DNA from: Octopus sinensis
Lineage: Eukaryota
Reading direction: 5' to 3'
DNA length: 64,000 bases
Assembly: GCF_006345805.1 (NCBI RefSeq)
Contig: NC_043000.1
Coordinates: 79,732,001-79,796,000, forward strand
The notes beneath the pieces were generated by a model. It made no database searches. It was not told where the DNA came from and saw only the letters and a list, made by a program, of their open reading frames with translations. Shown one piece after another: positions 62,425 through 64,000 of the stretch. The position numbers were made by a program, and so were the translations under genes. Every line of letters begins with the position of its first letter. Position 1 is the stretch's first letter.

Positions 62425-62999
62425 TATCTTATTTTATATAAAATATATTTATGTATAATGATAAAATAATCTTAAATGATAATATACGTAACTTTATTAA
62501 TGTAGGGTTTTTTCTGGGTGGGGAAAACATTTGCAGCATCATACCATGTAGTATATACACCTCTAAGTTTAATATTGATTTTGTTGAAAAAATAAGCGGG
62601 GTATGTTCGATTTGGAGATCATCATCCTCATCATCATTTAATGGGTGCTAGGACTGAGTGCAGTGTCTGCTTTGTTATGGCTTTTATGCTTGGATAATCT
62701 TCCTAATGCCAACCACATTACTAGGTATACTGGGTGCTTTTCTTATACCACAAGCACTAGTAAGGATTATAAAACACAAAGTAGGATGTGGGCTTTGTAA
62801 TAGGAGATGAGGACTTGAAAAACATGATAAGATGTAGGCTTTATGCTAGGAGATGAAGGTTTGAAGCAAAAGATGGGATGTGGGATTTATGCTTGGGGGT
62901 GCAGAACTTAAAGACAGACTAAATGCCGCTAAGCCTTTTATCCAGCATGGTAACGATTTGCCAGCTTGCCGTCTTTCAATCAATTACTAGTTAATGAAA

Positions 63000-63615
63000 A
63001 GAGGTTGTTACAGTTTGTACCGAAGGGAGATAATTCTTTAAAGTAAGATTTTTCTTTAAATAAACTTTTTAGTTTGATCACGGTTGTCTATAAAATTTGA
63101 TGACGACCGTCTTCCTTAATTGTGGATCCTTGAACATAATCTTTTTCCCTTAACACCATGTACTACATTTCTTGATTTAATTAATTTCAGCTTACTGACA
63201 TATTTCCAAGTTTTTCCATTTATAATGGTGATATCACTATCAGTGTCCAACTGCTTTTCTGATTTTTACATGCACGAAGTTCCTCATTGTTATATTATCA
63301 ATTTCTTCTGATGATATACTTTTTATTTTTTTCCTTTGTTCTGATGTTTTGTCATCTTTGTTCTACAGTGTGCCTTTATATGTCTGATATTACCAGAACA
63401 AAAGGACTCCACTTTTTTAAATAGACAATTTTTCCTCAGGTGTATACCTCCACATGCACAACATAGGTTTATTTCCTGATTTTTGTCATGTCTTTTAGAA
63501 AACACTTTATCTCTATTTTGACTATTTTGTACTTGCTTTACTTGGAAACAGTCTTTATGTTCTATTTCTTCTGTGTCGTGTCTTAATTTGACTATCCTTT
63601 CACATTATTCTGACA
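63000..63615 (-). mobile_element. Gypsy gag zinc-knuckle/protease remnant
   Basis: CACGGIH...HIKAHC (ORF 63323-63505), QLDT near 63250, similar layout to 18700-19200. Confidence 0.65.
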
Positions 63616-64000
63616 CTTACTGTAAGGTTACATCCTGGTTTTGTTCCAGCTTTGCAAGAGTTCTAGTAGTAACTTCTGCATCCTTTTCAGCAGTAAGCTC
63701 CTGTGTAAATATCAGGCCACATTAGAACGGATTGTACTCCACCACCTGCAAAGAATAAAAAAAGGCAAGAGAGTGAGAAAGTGGTTAGTGCTCCACTGCC
63801 TGTGGAGGTTAAGGAATATCATGAGAAGAGTGAAGTGGCACCACAGACAAAGACCAGTAGCAGCATCAAAGAAGCGGAGGTAAACACCAGCTGGGAAACG
63901 GCAGGAAAAAAGAGAAGGAAGAGGAGAAAGAGGACACTCATGGTAAAGGACGACCCCCAACCCACACCCATCCAGCTCCCACCCACACCCACTCAACTTT

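Noticed and set aside
63641-63996. Overlapping ORFs at the window end
   Set aside because: Likely LTR or other repeat sequence starting near 63621; no motif and truncated by the window

Overview
AT-rich, microsatellite-dense animal genomic DNA, most likely an octopus-type cephalopod (inferred from the SINE/RTE repertoire and (TA)n/(CA)n/(AAT)n density). Most of the window is nested transposon debris: RTE LINEs (one with an uninterrupted 614-aa RT ORF carrying a PHD-like Cys/His finger), R4/Dong-like RLE LINE remnants each split by a related solo LTR, Gypsy remnants, non-autonomous Helitrons, mariner/Tc1/pogo/piggyBac/hAT/Chapaev-like remnants, Penelope-like (GIY-YIG) elements, several tRNA-derived SINE families, a 5S rRNA pseudogene and a tRNA-Glu pseudogene. 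Most ORFs in the track are microsatellite artefacts. A few unique stretches look like minus-strand exons of a host gene (about 61.5, 60.0, 55.2 and 39.4 kb), so the window is probably mostly intronic. The most notable signals are short Penelope-type elements in (TA)n tracts that form long hairpins or carry minimal hammerhead-ribozyme-like motifs (one family with a CUGU core variant), a hairpin whose loop is a 52-nt copy of nearby transposon DNA, and a ~550-bp element found only between (AAT)n tracts. All calls are by eye; coordinates of degraded elements are approximate.
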